IMG/VR virus record: IMGVR_UViG_3300045988_075126 | Location: 1-64,000 of that record | Source of the DNA: a virus | DNA: 64,000 nt | Reading direction: 5' to 3' (one strand) | Part shown: positions 44,723 to 53,041 of the stretch, in pieces | Position numbering within the stretch: the first letter of the stretch is position 1 | Layout of the letters: every line of letters starts with the position of its first letter | The notes under the pieces: model-generated | Told to the model about the DNA's origin: nothing | What the model saw: the letters and a program-made list of their open reading frames with translations, nothing else | Databases searched by the model: none | Made by a program: the position numbers and the translations under genes

Positions 44723-44751
44723 TATAGTGATATACATAGTATATCGCTATA
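44723..44751. repeat. 13-bp inverted repeat TATAGTGATATAC-ATA-GTATATCGCTATA (one mismatch)
   Basis: Direct reading, intergenic. Confidence 0.6.
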
Positions 44752-44760
44752 ACATAGTAG

Positions 44761-45528
44761 ATGGTTGCTTGTAGGGAAGAAAACAAACAAAAGAAAGAAG
44801 CTATGGGAGAAAGAAGACAAACAGAGGGCGATGAGCACAGAATCGTTGCAAAGCCAACTTATGAAGAGTTTGCAATGTATTGCTCGATGGCAGGTTTTAT
44901 GAAAGACAATCTAAAGTGGCTTTATGGTCGCTTCGATGATGTCGGATGGTTGCTACCAAGCGGTAAAGTCCCTAAGAAATGGGAGGATTTGGTCAAGAAA
45001 TGGAATTCCTTGAAGAACCCAAGCCAGACTTACCGCAAGCATGGTTTCAAGTTCAAGACCAAGGAAGAGAAGATGCACGACTGCTACGAAGTGTGGACAG
45101 ATGGTTCTGCGGTACTTAGGACTGATACCAAGCGAAGAAAGTATACTGGTGGTGCTGCCTATGTGATTTTACACGAAGGCAAGGTGTATAAGCAGGGAAA
45201 CTACGGAACTATAGACACGACAATTAGCCGTATGGAGCTTTTGGCAATCATTTGTGGTGTCGGTCATTGTCCACAGGGTGCGGCTGTGACGGTTCATAGT
45301 GATAGCCAATATGCACTTAAGACTTTGAGCGGTGTTTATTCTGCACACAAGAACTTAGACTTGATGGAGAAGTTTAGAAAGCATTCCGCTCATATAGCAC
45401 ACATCACTTGGCGCAAGGTGAAGAGTCACACAGGAGTTGAGTACAATGAGCTTTGCGACCGATTGGCGAACGAAGGTAGAATAGCTGCCGAGATAAAGGC
45501 AGGTTTAAGAGTAAATTCAAAAGCTTAG
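44761..45528 (+). CDS. RNase HI-domain protein with a ~115-aa N-terminal extension
   Basis: 'VWTDGSA', 'ISRMELLA', 'VHSDSQYA', 'HTGVEYNELCDRLA' in the DEDD order. Confidence 0.85.
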   Translation: MVACREENKQKKEAMGERRQTEGDEHRIVAKPTYEEFAMYCSMAGFMKDNLKWLYGRFDDVGWLLPSGKVPKKWEDLVKKWNSLKNPSQTYRKHGFKFKTKEEKMHDCYEVWTDGSAVLRTDTKRRKYTGGAAYVILHEGKVYKQGNYGTIDTTISRMELLAIICGVGHCPQGAAVTVHSDSQYALKTLSGVYSAHKNLDLMEKFRKHSAHIAHITWRKVKSHTGVEYNELCDRLANEGRIAAEIKAGLRVNSKA

Positions 45529-45532
45529 AGGA

Positions 45533-46582
45533 ATGAAGATACGGACATTTCAACTTTGTGCTGGGTATGACTCTCAACTGATGGCTTTAGAGCGGTTGAA
45601 AAAGAAACATTCTGATTTCGATTACGAGTGCATCGGTTGGTCGGAGATAGAGCCAAGTGCAATAGCTTTGCATAACGCTTGCTTTCCTCATCTATCCGGC
45701 AAGAACTTTGGTGACATGACAAAGATAGATTGGAGCAAGGTTGAAGACTTTGACTTGCTGACATATTCAACACCTTGCCAGTCTGTTTCGCAAGCCGGAA
45801 AGCAGGAAGGAATAGAGGAGGGAAGTAATACCCGTTCCTCTATCCTTTGGTTCACAAGAAACACCATTATTACCAGGAGACCGAAATACCTCTTAATGGA
45901 GAATGTAGAGGCTTTGGTTCAAACAAAGTTTATCGGGTTCTTCAACAAGTGGCGCAAGGAGTTGGAATCCTACGGATATGTTAACTATGCTAAGGTGGTA
46001 AATGCAGCCGACTGCGGTGTTCCTCAGAACAGAAAGCGTGTCTTCATGCTCTCTATACGAAACGATGGTGATAAGATAGATTATCATTTTCCGAGAAAGA
46101 TAAAGCTGGAGAAACACTTAGTTGATGTCTTGGAGGAAAATGTGGACGAGAAGTACTTTTTGAGCGATGCCCTGCTATGTAAAGAGAAGTTTGTGTCAAA
46201 TGAAAGGAAAGAGCCTATGAGTGCAGCTATAAGAACTCGTTCTGAGGGGAAGTGGATAAAAGGCGAAATGCATAGTCCAAAGGTCGAGCTTGGAAAGAAT
46301 ATAGCCAATACCATTACATCTGCGAGCAAGGACTCCTTGGTTGTGCTTGGAGAGACAAGGTTGCGCATTAGGCGTTTGACTCCGAGAGAACTCTTCCGCT
46401 TAATGAACGTTGACGAAGAATACATAGACAAGATGCTTGAAAGTGGAGTGTCGAAGTCAAGTCTTCAAAAGGCTGCTGGAAATTCGATTGTCGTAGCTTG
46501 CATGGAGAGAATATTCAAGGAACTTTGGTTTTCTGAGAGTAATGTTAAGGTCGCTGATGATGGTCAGCTATGTCTATTTTAA
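45533..46582 (+). CDS. dcm: DNA (cytosine-5)-methyltransferase
   Basis: Motif I 'FQLCAGYDS', IV 'STPCQSVSQAG', VI 'LMENVEAL', VIII 'QNRKRVF', X 'AAGNSIVV'. Confidence 0.92.
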   Translation: MKIRTFQLCAGYDSQLMALERLKKKHSDFDYECIGWSEIEPSAIALHNACFPHLSGKNFGDMTKIDWSKVEDFDLLTYSTPCQSVSQAGKQEGIEEGSNTRSSILWFTRNTIITRRPKYLLMENVEALVQTKFIGFFNKWRKELESYGYVNYAKVVNAADCGVPQNRKRVFMLSIRNDGDKIDYHFPRKIKLEKHLVDVLEENVDEKYFLSDALLCKEKFVSNERKEPMSAAIRTRSEGKWIKGEMHSPKVELGKNIANTITSASKDSLVVLGETRLRIRRLTPRELFRLMNVDEEYIDKMLESGVSKSSLQKAAGNSIVVACMERIFKELWFSESNVKVADDGQLCLF

Positions 46583-46860
46583 ATATTGACGATATGATGT
46601 TTTTAAATAGTAACGAGAAAAAGGAGAAAGCAAATGCTATCTCATACAAGATAGATGAGTACATCTGGGGACGAAAGGATTTTGTTACTGATTGCCCCTA
46701 TGATGAGAAAGGCAGATATACCAATGCCATTAATAAAGTTGGTGATTTGGGCTGCAACACTTGCGAATGGCAGGTGAGGCATAACCCAAGAACGCAAGTA
46801 GTTATGTGCTCCCATCCAAAGGAGGAGAATAGCGAGGTTAAGAAACTGTTTAAGGATTAA
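46570..46860 (+). CDS. Hypothetical Cys-containing protein (96 aa)
   Basis: Overlaps the dcm stop; compact operon packing. Confidence 0.65.
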   Translation: MSILNIDDMMFLNSNEKKEKANAISYKIDEYIWGRKDFVTDCPYDEKGRYTNAINKVGDLGCNTCEWQVRHNPRTQVVMCSHPKEENSEVKKLFKD

Positions 46861-46865
46861 AGATT

Positions 46866-47258
46866 ATGTATAAAGAAAAGTTAAAGAAAGATTACGAGAA
46901 TGCTTGTAATGCTTACTTGAAGGCATTCTGTGAGAAGCATGAGTTTTATGGATTGGATAATCCGGAGACATATTGGATAGGAGACCAAGTTGGAGAAATA
47001 GCCAATTGCGGTGATTTTACCTTCGATATGGCTACTATTGTAACTGATATAGACAAGGATGCTCCAGAGGAAGAGTTGTTGAAATGGTATGATTATACTA
47101 TTGAAGCTAGTGAGTTCAATTTGCCTGTTCCAAACTTCGACCATTGGCTTATGGGGTGTCCTATAACACCAAGTAAATGGTTCGAGAATATGCGAGCAAA
47201 GCGTAAGGAGTTTGAGGATTTATTAAAACAAGAAAACGAAAGGTTGAAAAATGGATAG
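46866..47258 (+). CDS. Hypothetical protein (130 aa)
   Basis: Compact same-strand ORF. Confidence 0.7.
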   Translation: MYKEKLKKDYENACNAYLKAFCEKHEFYGLDNPETYWIGDQVGEIANCGDFTFDMATIVTDIDKDAPEEELLKWYDYTIEASEFNLPVPNFDHWLMGCPITPSKWFENMRAKRKEFEDLLKQENERLKNG

Positions 47259-47529
47259 AAGTAATCTTTTTAATCATTTGTTGAGGCTATTTGATGAAGG
47301 TCTCAGTATGAATACTACCGAGCTTGAATTCGGTACACTTGAAGTAACGGCAGAGAATCGAAGCCAAGGCAAGCAAATCACATTCTTTGCAAAGGGCATG
47401 GAGGATGCAAAGCAGAAAGCTACGGAATGGCAGGTTGGTCAGATGCTCTTGAATTGTGATGACTTTGAAGAGATAGTAATGTTCTTGGCTCAAAGAAAGA
47501 AACTTAAAGCGGAAATGAAGTATGGATAA
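47251..47529 (+). CDS. Hypothetical protein (92 aa)
   Basis: Compact same-strand ORF. Confidence 0.65.
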   Translation: MDRSNLFNHLLRLFDEGLSMNTTELEFGTLEVTAENRSQGKQITFFAKGMEDAKQKATEWQVGQMLLNCDDFEEIVMFLAQRKKLKAEMKYG

Positions 47530-47677
47530 GAATTTTAGAAGTTGCTTTTGTTGTATCCATTTCTTGGGATTACTAAATACTAGCGCAGGTAATGTTTTAA
47601 AATGCAAGAAAGGAAGCACTACGAAAGTACAAGGGAAGAGACTGACAGAAATCGCTGCAAGATGCAAAAATTACAAA

Positions 47678-47701
47678 GCGTGAGGCACACGTTAAAAACT
47701 G
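47678..47701 (+). promoter_or_regulatory. Variant leader motif copy
   Basis: GCGTGAGGCACACGTTAAAAACTG. Confidence 0.4.
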
Positions 47702-47818
47702 AATTTGATTAATATGGTTACAAAAACTTTCAAGTGTTTGAACGCATAAAATGCAAAAATCTACTAAATGAATGGTTGTATTAATGCTTAAAGATTAAAA
47801 TACTTTAAACACGTATAT

Positions 47819-47914
47819 AAATACATTAAATAACTTGCATATTTCGAGATTTGTTTGTATCTTTGCAATGTAATTAAGAGACAAATTTAAATGGTGAGAC
47901 ACACCACAAAAACT
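47819..47914 (+). promoter_or_regulatory. Early-class promoter (AAATACATTAAATAACTTGCA, -7 TATCTTTG at 47858-47865) plus leader motif 47888-47914
   Basis: AAATGGTGAGACACACCACAAAAACTG, 7 nt before the ATG. Confidence 0.65.
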
Positions 47915-47921
47915 GGAGATA

Positions 47922-48233
47922 ATGACAAAGAAAGAAATTTTAAAACAATGGCTTGATGAACCGAAAGTGAAATATTGTGGCAAATCAAATTTCACGTTAG
48001 GTTATGGTGATGGCTGGGATTGGGTTAAAGATACCCTACGACCAGCTATCACGAAGAATGCGATGTTCCTTAGATTCTTGGAGCATGGTTTCCGTGAGAT
48101 AGAGGGATTTCTGAAATCGAAGACCGGAAAGCCAAGCGAAGAGGATTGCACCTTGTATTCTGTTGGTTACAAAGATGGGGTCAAGGATGCCATGATTGCA
48201 ATTAAGAATAGATTTGAAAAATTAAAATCCTAG
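47922..48233 (+). CDS. Hypothetical protein (103 aa)
   Basis: ATG ORF after promoter and leader. Confidence 0.7.
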   Translation: MTKKEILKQWLDEPKVKYCGKSNFTLGYGDGWDWVKDTLRPAITKNAMFLRFLEHGFREIEGFLKSKTGKPSEEDCTLYSVGYKDGVKDAMIAIKNRFEKLKS

Positions 48234-48500
48234 TTCCGGAAGCCTTTGATTAGGCTACAGCGGTTATCCATTCAATCGTCTGGAGCGGATTAGCCTCAGC
48301 CCCGAATGGAATTGGGAGCTACGTTAGGGATGAATACATAGGCACGTCAGGATGTCCGTCCAAGTTCTGACCTCTGCGGTCGATGATTAAAAGCGAGGAA
48401 ACTTGCGGTGTTGTCGGCAAGAAACCATCCTATAACATTGGCGATGGGCGCACAACCACCTTTCGAGGTGAGATTTATTTATTAATTTAAATTAATTTTT
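48234..48500 (+). ncRNA. Candidate IscB omegaRNA (HEARO-type) region
   Basis: 267-nt ORF-free, G+C-richer, helix-rich segment directly upstream of iscB on the same strand (e.g. TCCATTC/GAATGGA 48267/48304, GTCAGGA/TTCTGAC 48346/48365, CACC-TTTCGA-GGTG 48457-48470); exact ends and guide not determinable by eye. Confidence 0.65.
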
Positions 48501-49748
48501 ATGATTTACGTAAGGAACAAGGAAGGTAAGGCATTGATGCCAAGCGAGCGTGGAGCGAGGATAGGTTATCTTCTTCGCCATGGTAAGGCTCATGTTGTCA
48601 GCCGTGTTCCGTTTATCGTTCAGTTGGATTATGAGAGCACCACCTATACGCAGGAAGTGAGCCTTGGCATTGATGCTGGCTCAAAGCACATAGGCGTTTC
48701 GGCTAGTTCCGAGAAGAAGGAGCTGCTTGCAGCGCAGGTTGAGTTAAGAAGTGATGTTGTGAACTTGCTTTCTGCTCGCAGGGAGTTGAGACGGACAAGG
48801 CGAAACCGCAAGACACGTTACCGCAAGGTTCGTTTTGATAACCGCAAGAAGAAAGATGGTTGGCTTGCACCCAGTATTGAGCAAAAGGTTGAGAGCCACT
48901 TGAAGGTTATCCGCTTGGTTCATAAGTTACTTCCAATTACGAAGACCACTATTGAGGTTGCTCAGTTCGATGCTCAGAAAATCAAGAATACCGACATCAA
49001 GGGTGAGGAGTATCAGCAGGGCGAACAGATGGGCTTTTGGAATGTTAGGGAGTACGTCTTGGCAAGGGATGGGCACAAGTGCATTCACTGCAAGGGTAAG
49101 AGCAAAGACCCTATCTTGAATGTTCACCATTTGGAGAGCCGCAAGACTGGTAGCAATTCCCCAAGCAATCTCGTAACGCTTTGCGAGACCTGCCACAAGG
49201 CTTACCATCGTGGAGAGTTCGACTTGAAAGTCAAGCGTGGCACTACTTTGCGTGATGCTGCGGTGATGAACATTATGCGTTGGGCGGTCTATGAGCGAGC
49301 GAAGGCAGAGTTTGGGAATGTTCACTTGACTTATGGTTACATAACTAAGCACACTCGCATAGAGAATGGTATTGCTAAGAGCCATGCAGCCGATGCTTTC
49401 TGTATTGCCAAGAACGTAAATGCAATGCGGTTGGAATTCTTCTTCATGTGCCGTTGTGTTCCCCGTCATACGAGAGCCTTGCATGTAGCGAATCCAAAGA
49501 AAGGTGGCATCCGCAGAAGCACGATAGCCTCTCATAAGATAGGTAAGTCTCGCTTCCAGCGTTTCGACATGGTGCGGTGGATGGGCGAGGAATGCTTTAT
49601 CTTTGGCAGCACGCATGGTAATGTTGTTTTGCGTAAAATTGATGGTGTAAAGGTGCATGAAACGCAAGCTGTGAACATCAAGACGATAAAGTTTTTGAGG
49701 AGATTGAGAAATAATATTTTAGTTAAAGAAATAGTTTTTATAAGTTGA
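48501..49748 (+). CDS. iscB: IscB RNA-guided nuclease (PLMP domain, split RuvC with inserted HNH)
   Basis: 'EGKALMP' (PLMP), 'LGIDAGSKHIG' (RuvC-I), Arg-rich bridge 'RRELRRTRRNRKTRYRK', 'IEVAQFD' (RuvC-II), 'CIHCKG...NVHHLESR...NLVTLCETCHKAYH' (HNH), 'KSHAADAFCIA' (RuvC-III). Confidence 0.9.
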   Translation: MIYVRNKEGKALMPSERGARIGYLLRHGKAHVVSRVPFIVQLDYESTTYTQEVSLGIDAGSKHIGVSASSEKKELLAAQVELRSDVVNLLSARRELRRTRRNRKTRYRKVRFDNRKKKDGWLAPSIEQKVESHLKVIRLVHKLLPITKTTIEVAQFDAQKIKNTDIKGEEYQQGEQMGFWNVREYVLARDGHKCIHCKGKSKDPILNVHHLESRKTGSNSPSNLVTLCETCHKAYHRGEFDLKVKRGTTLRDAAVMNIMRWAVYERAKAEFGNVHLTYGYITKHTRIENGIAKSHAADAFCIAKNVNAMRLEFFFMCRCVPRHTRALHVANPKKGGIRRSTIASHKIGKSRFQRFDMVRWMGEECFIFGSTHGNVVLRKIDGVKVHETQAVNIKTIKFLRRLRNNILVKEIVFIS

Positions 49749-49754
49749 ATTATT

Positions 49755-50045
49755 ATGGATTTAGGAAAGGCGATTAAGACAATGAGGGTAAGCAAGGGCT
49801 TGACCCAACGACAACTTGGTAAGGCTATCGGTTGTAGCGAGACAAATATGTTGTTTATGGAGACCGGAAGAACGTTTCCACGTAAGGGTAAGATTGATGC
49901 AATATGCAAGGTATTGGAGATTCCGATGTCATATTTGTTGATGTTCTCTATTACACCGGATGATATTCCGGAAGATAAGCAGAGTTTGTATACAAGCATC
50001 GTTGAGCCGATGCGTAACGAATTTATTAGGGAGTTGTTGCGATGA
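49755..50045 (+). CDS. XRE-family HTH protein (96 aa)
   Basis: 'MRVSKGLTQRQLGKAIGCSETNMLFMETG'. Confidence 0.8.
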   Translation: MDLGKAIKTMRVSKGLTQRQLGKAIGCSETNMLFMETGRTFPRKGKIDAICKVLEIPMSYLLMFSITPDDIPEDKQSLYTSIVEPMRNEFIRELLR

Positions 50046-50275
50046 AGAAAGGCTATTATTTTGTGGCTAAGTATGTCAAGAATGGCATAACACGAATATG
50101 TACAGGTACACAAGAGACGATTGAAGGCTATTTTGATTTCGTCAGTGCTAGTAATTTTATAGCAAAGGAACATAATGTTGATTTCGAAGACGTAATTGTA
50201 ACTTTTTGGTCTGAGATTAATTCAATAATGTTAGATAAATATAGGAAAACATTAGGAGAGCAGAAAAATGGTTGA
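50042..50275 (+). CDS. Hypothetical protein (77 aa)
   Basis: 4-nt overlap with the upstream gene. Confidence 0.6.
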   Translation: MKKGYYFVAKYVKNGITRICTGTQETIEGYFDFVSASNFIAKEHNVDFEDVIVTFWSEINSIMLDKYRKTLGEQKNG

Positions 50276-50456
50276 ATTCGAGTACGAAGGAAATATCATT
50301 TGGAAAAATTACGACTTTCATTTTATGCCTTGTGTAGGAGATAAAGTTGTGATTAACAATCTGACATACAAGATTAAGTCTCGTGTGTTCAAGTGTGATG
50401 GGAAGATAGTTAAAGTGGTTTTAAAAAAGGTAGATAATGAAATTACGAATAGTTAA
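50268..50456 (+). CDS. Hypothetical protein (62 aa)
   Basis: Overlapping operon packing. Confidence 0.55.
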   Translation: MVEFEYEGNIIWKNYDFHFMPCVGDKVVINNLTYKIKSRVFKCDGKIVKVVLKKVDNEITNS

Positions 50457-50778
50457 ACATGTTTGTGCCGATGGAGTAGAAAGAGGTATATTGGAGTACC
50501 GCAACCATTGGTGGGAGAAGTGGAAGCCATTGCATCAGGAAGGCAAGCTGGCTTATGTCTCATATATGGGAACGAAACCATATAAGTCATTGCAGGAAGA
50601 GTGCTTTGATGTACTAGGATTGAATGAAGAACAGATAAAGGTGCGTGAACAGATGTTCCGTTATATCTTGGATGCAGAAGAGGTATATGTTGGTGCTAGA
50701 ATAGGCAACGAATATCATATCGGCTATGATGTTGATAATGATGAGAGTCTTGAAACGCTTAGAAATTTGGAGGAATAG
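50437..50778 (+). CDS. Hypothetical protein (113 aa)
   Basis: Compact same-strand ORF. Confidence 0.6.
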   Translation: MKLRIVKHVCADGVERGILEYRNHWWEKWKPLHQEGKLAYVSYMGTKPYKSLQEECFDVLGLNEEQIKVREQMFRYILDAEEVYVGARIGNEYHIGYDVDNDESLETLRNLEE

Positions 50779-50780
50779 TT

Positions 50781-51077
50781 ATGTTCGGAAAGATTTTTTC
50801 GGTTAAGACCGATATTGTATATCGTAGAGAAGAGAGTTTGAATCTCTTCGATGGCAAGAAGAAACTTGATAAGGTGGTGTCTGGTCGGGTAATCAGAGAA
50901 CAAATCAAGTTGTTTGGTTTCACCATCAGGACAAAGTATTTTTATCAGATTTGCTGCCCACAAGTCAATATGAATGATACCCATGAGGTTTGCACATTGA
51001 ATAAGGTCGAGGATTTGGTTAGAACAGAGTGCTATAACAAGGTTGTTGAATATTCAAACAGAAAGCATCATGCCTAG
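50781..51077 (+). CDS. Hypothetical protein (98 aa)
   Basis: Compact same-strand ORF. Confidence 0.6.
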   Translation: MFGKIFSVKTDIVYRREESLNLFDGKKKLDKVVSGRVIREQIKLFGFTIRTKYFYQICCPQVNMNDTHEVCTLNKVEDLVRTECYNKVVEYSNRKHHA

Positions 51078-51894
51078 TGTAAATTGTTTCAGAAGAGTCT
51101 TGTTGAATGTAGGTGGCAAGAAGATAGTCATAAGTGTTCCGAATGGAATGACCGAAACCGAAGTGAATAAGATTATGGTCGTTACTAGGGCTTATCTTCA
51201 GCAGTATGTATATGTCGAAATGGTCTTAGCAGAGTGCTTTATGCAGAAAATCGAAAAGAGTATTCTGAAGAAGAAATGCGTTAGGTTTGAAGTTAAGAAG
51301 AAGTGGGTAGACTGCAAGAAGAACCTTCGAAAGGTGGTTAAGTATTATGACGCTTATGTTCCTAATGCAGATTTTAATGAAGAATTCGCAATGACGTTCT
51401 ATGACAAGATTAGTGGAGACTTGTATAAGTTGCGAGATAAGCTTGCTTTAAGATTACAGAACTTAGGGATTGGAGAAAAATCGGGAGTTTATGCGAATGC
51501 AATCATCCTGTACAATCTGACAAACCTTTGTTTGGGAACTTATGAGAATATCATCCGTAAGTTGTATGAAGATTTGCATGTTAACTTAATGCAAGCGTTC
51601 AAGGACTTTGCCCCTATATTGGCCTTTGAAAACTCTTATGACTTCATGGCATTGGTGATGGATAAGGATTTCAAGAGATTGGCTGACCATTTGATGACTA
51701 AAGAAATTCTTTCTTATTTCGATAAGGTAAGAAAAGGTGTCTTTGATGAACAGACTTTGAATGAGGCGGCTATCAATGCAACGGAAGACCTGAAGGACGA
51801 TGAGAAGGATTTACAGCGAACTTATATAGGAATTAGTGACTTTATGAAGAGTGACTATCCTTTGGAGAGTGTGACATCTAAGAAAGCAAGCTGA
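51070..51894 (+). CDS. Hypothetical protein (274 aa)
   Basis: The track start at 51043 is TTG; first ATG used. Confidence 0.65.
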   Translation: MPSVNCFRRVLLNVGGKKIVISVPNGMTETEVNKIMVVTRAYLQQYVYVEMVLAECFMQKIEKSILKKKCVRFEVKKKWVDCKKNLRKVVKYYDAYVPNADFNEEFAMTFYDKISGDLYKLRDKLALRLQNLGIGEKSGVYANAIILYNLTNLCLGTYENIIRKLYEDLHVNLMQAFKDFAPILAFENSYDFMALVMDKDFKRLADHLMTKEILSYFDKVRKGVFDEQTLNEAAINATEDLKDDEKDLQRTYIGISDFMKSDYPLESVTSKKAS

Positions 51895-52151
51895 TGAAGA
51901 TTGAACCAAGTGAGTTCTTGCCGATAGGTAATGAGTTTCAGAAAATCTTCGGTGTAAGCTTTGGAAAGTTCATTGATATGCGGTTTCTTTTGGCAAGAAA
52001 AGAGCTGGTCTTCAACTTGCTGAAGTTCACAGACTGGCTTGAAGAACGTTATCCGGATGAGTGTTCCATTGATGGAGTGAGTTACAATGCGGTTGTCGGG
52101 CGAAAGTTTGGCAAGCGAGGTGTTAAAATGATTAAGAAGTTGATAGGATGA
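51894..52151 (+). CDS. Hypothetical protein (85 aa)
   Basis: ATG overlaps the upstream stop. Confidence 0.6.
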   Translation: MKIEPSEFLPIGNEFQKIFGVSFGKFIDMRFLLARKELVFNLLKFTDWLEERYPDECSIDGVSYNAVVGRKFGKRGVKMIKKLIG

Positions 52152-52873
52152 AGTACATGGGTAGTAAGGCTAGAATCGTGCATGAGATATTGCCGATTAT
52201 GCTGGACAAAGAACATGATACGTTTGTTGACGCTTTCTGTGGTGGATGTAGTGTTATTGAAAATGTGCCGGACACGTATCGCAGGATTGCCAACGATAAG
52301 AATAGGTATCTTATCGAAATGTGGAAGTATCTTCAGAATGATGGGTTTGTCTTCAACCATATTAGCAAGACGTTGTATAACTTTGCACGAGACTGTTATC
52401 ATGGAAAGAATAATTACTTCACAGAAGCAGGTGTCGGACTAATTGGCTTTATGGCGAGCTTTAATGGTCGTTTCTTTGATGGTGGCTATAGCGGACATAA
52501 TGTGGTCGGCAAGAACGGAAAGGTAAGAGATTACATAAGGGAGCAGATAGAAAACACAATGCGTGATGTGCCTCTTCTCAAAGGTGTTGAGTTCTATAGC
52601 GGCAGTTATGATGAACTTGTGATACCGGATAGGAGTATAGTGTATTGCGATTTGCCTTACAAAGCTACGAAAAAGTATGATGTATCAAAGAATTTCGATT
52701 ACGAAAGATTCTATATATGGTGCATGGAAATGGCTAGAAGAGGTCATAAGGTCTTTATCAGCGAGTACCAGATGCCCCAAGAGTTCAGATGTGTTTGGGA
52801 AAAGGAAGTAACCAATTCCCTTAACCCGAATATCACAAAGAGACCAGTCGAAAGGTTGTTTACAATTGATTAG
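52148..52873 (+). CDS. dam: DNA N6-adenine methyltransferase (D12/Dam class)
   Basis: 'YMGSKARIVHEILPIM', 'FVDAFCGGCSV' (SAM site), 'YCDLPY' (DPPY-type catalytic motif). Confidence 0.88.
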   Translation: MKYMGSKARIVHEILPIMLDKEHDTFVDAFCGGCSVIENVPDTYRRIANDKNRYLIEMWKYLQNDGFVFNHISKTLYNFARDCYHGKNNYFTEAGVGLIGFMASFNGRFFDGGYSGHNVVGKNGKVRDYIREQIENTMRDVPLLKGVEFYSGSYDELVIPDRSIVYCDLPYKATKKYDVSKNFDYERFYIWCMEMARRGHKVFISEYQMPQEFRCVWEKEVTNSLNPNITKRPVERLFTID

Positions 52874-52882
52874 AAAGAAGAA

Positions 52883-53041
52883 ATGAAAGAAACTTATTGC
52901 TTGGAAGATACGCTTTACAACACAAAGCGTTACTTCACTTTGGAAAATGGTGTAGTATCAGGAACGGAACTTGCGCAGGAAGACTTTAATGTGTTCCTCG
53001 ACCTTGCAAGTTGTCTTGGTTATAATGTAGTGAAACTATGA
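52883..53041 (+). CDS. Hypothetical small protein (52 aa)
   Basis: ATG ORF below the track threshold. Confidence 0.35.
   Translation: MKETYCLEDTLYNTKRYFTLENGVVSGTELAQEDFNVFLDLASCLGYNVVKL

Larger units (their letters stand above)
48234..49748 (+). mobile_element. IscB-omegaRNA (OMEGA, IS200/IS605-derived) module without TnpA
   Basis: IscB ORF plus upstream structured RNA; no Y1 transposase in the window; the next gene starts 6 nt after the iscB stop. Confidence 0.55.

Noticed and set aside
47590-47713. A 35-aa ORF (ATG near 47603) spanning the variant leader motif
   Set aside because: It is short, has no promoter or neighbour coupling, and overlaps a motif that is non-coding at its other copies.
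48927-50173. Minus-strand ORFs 48927..49667 and 49532..50173
   Set aside because: They are antisense to iscB and the following plus-strand genes, and no motifs are present.
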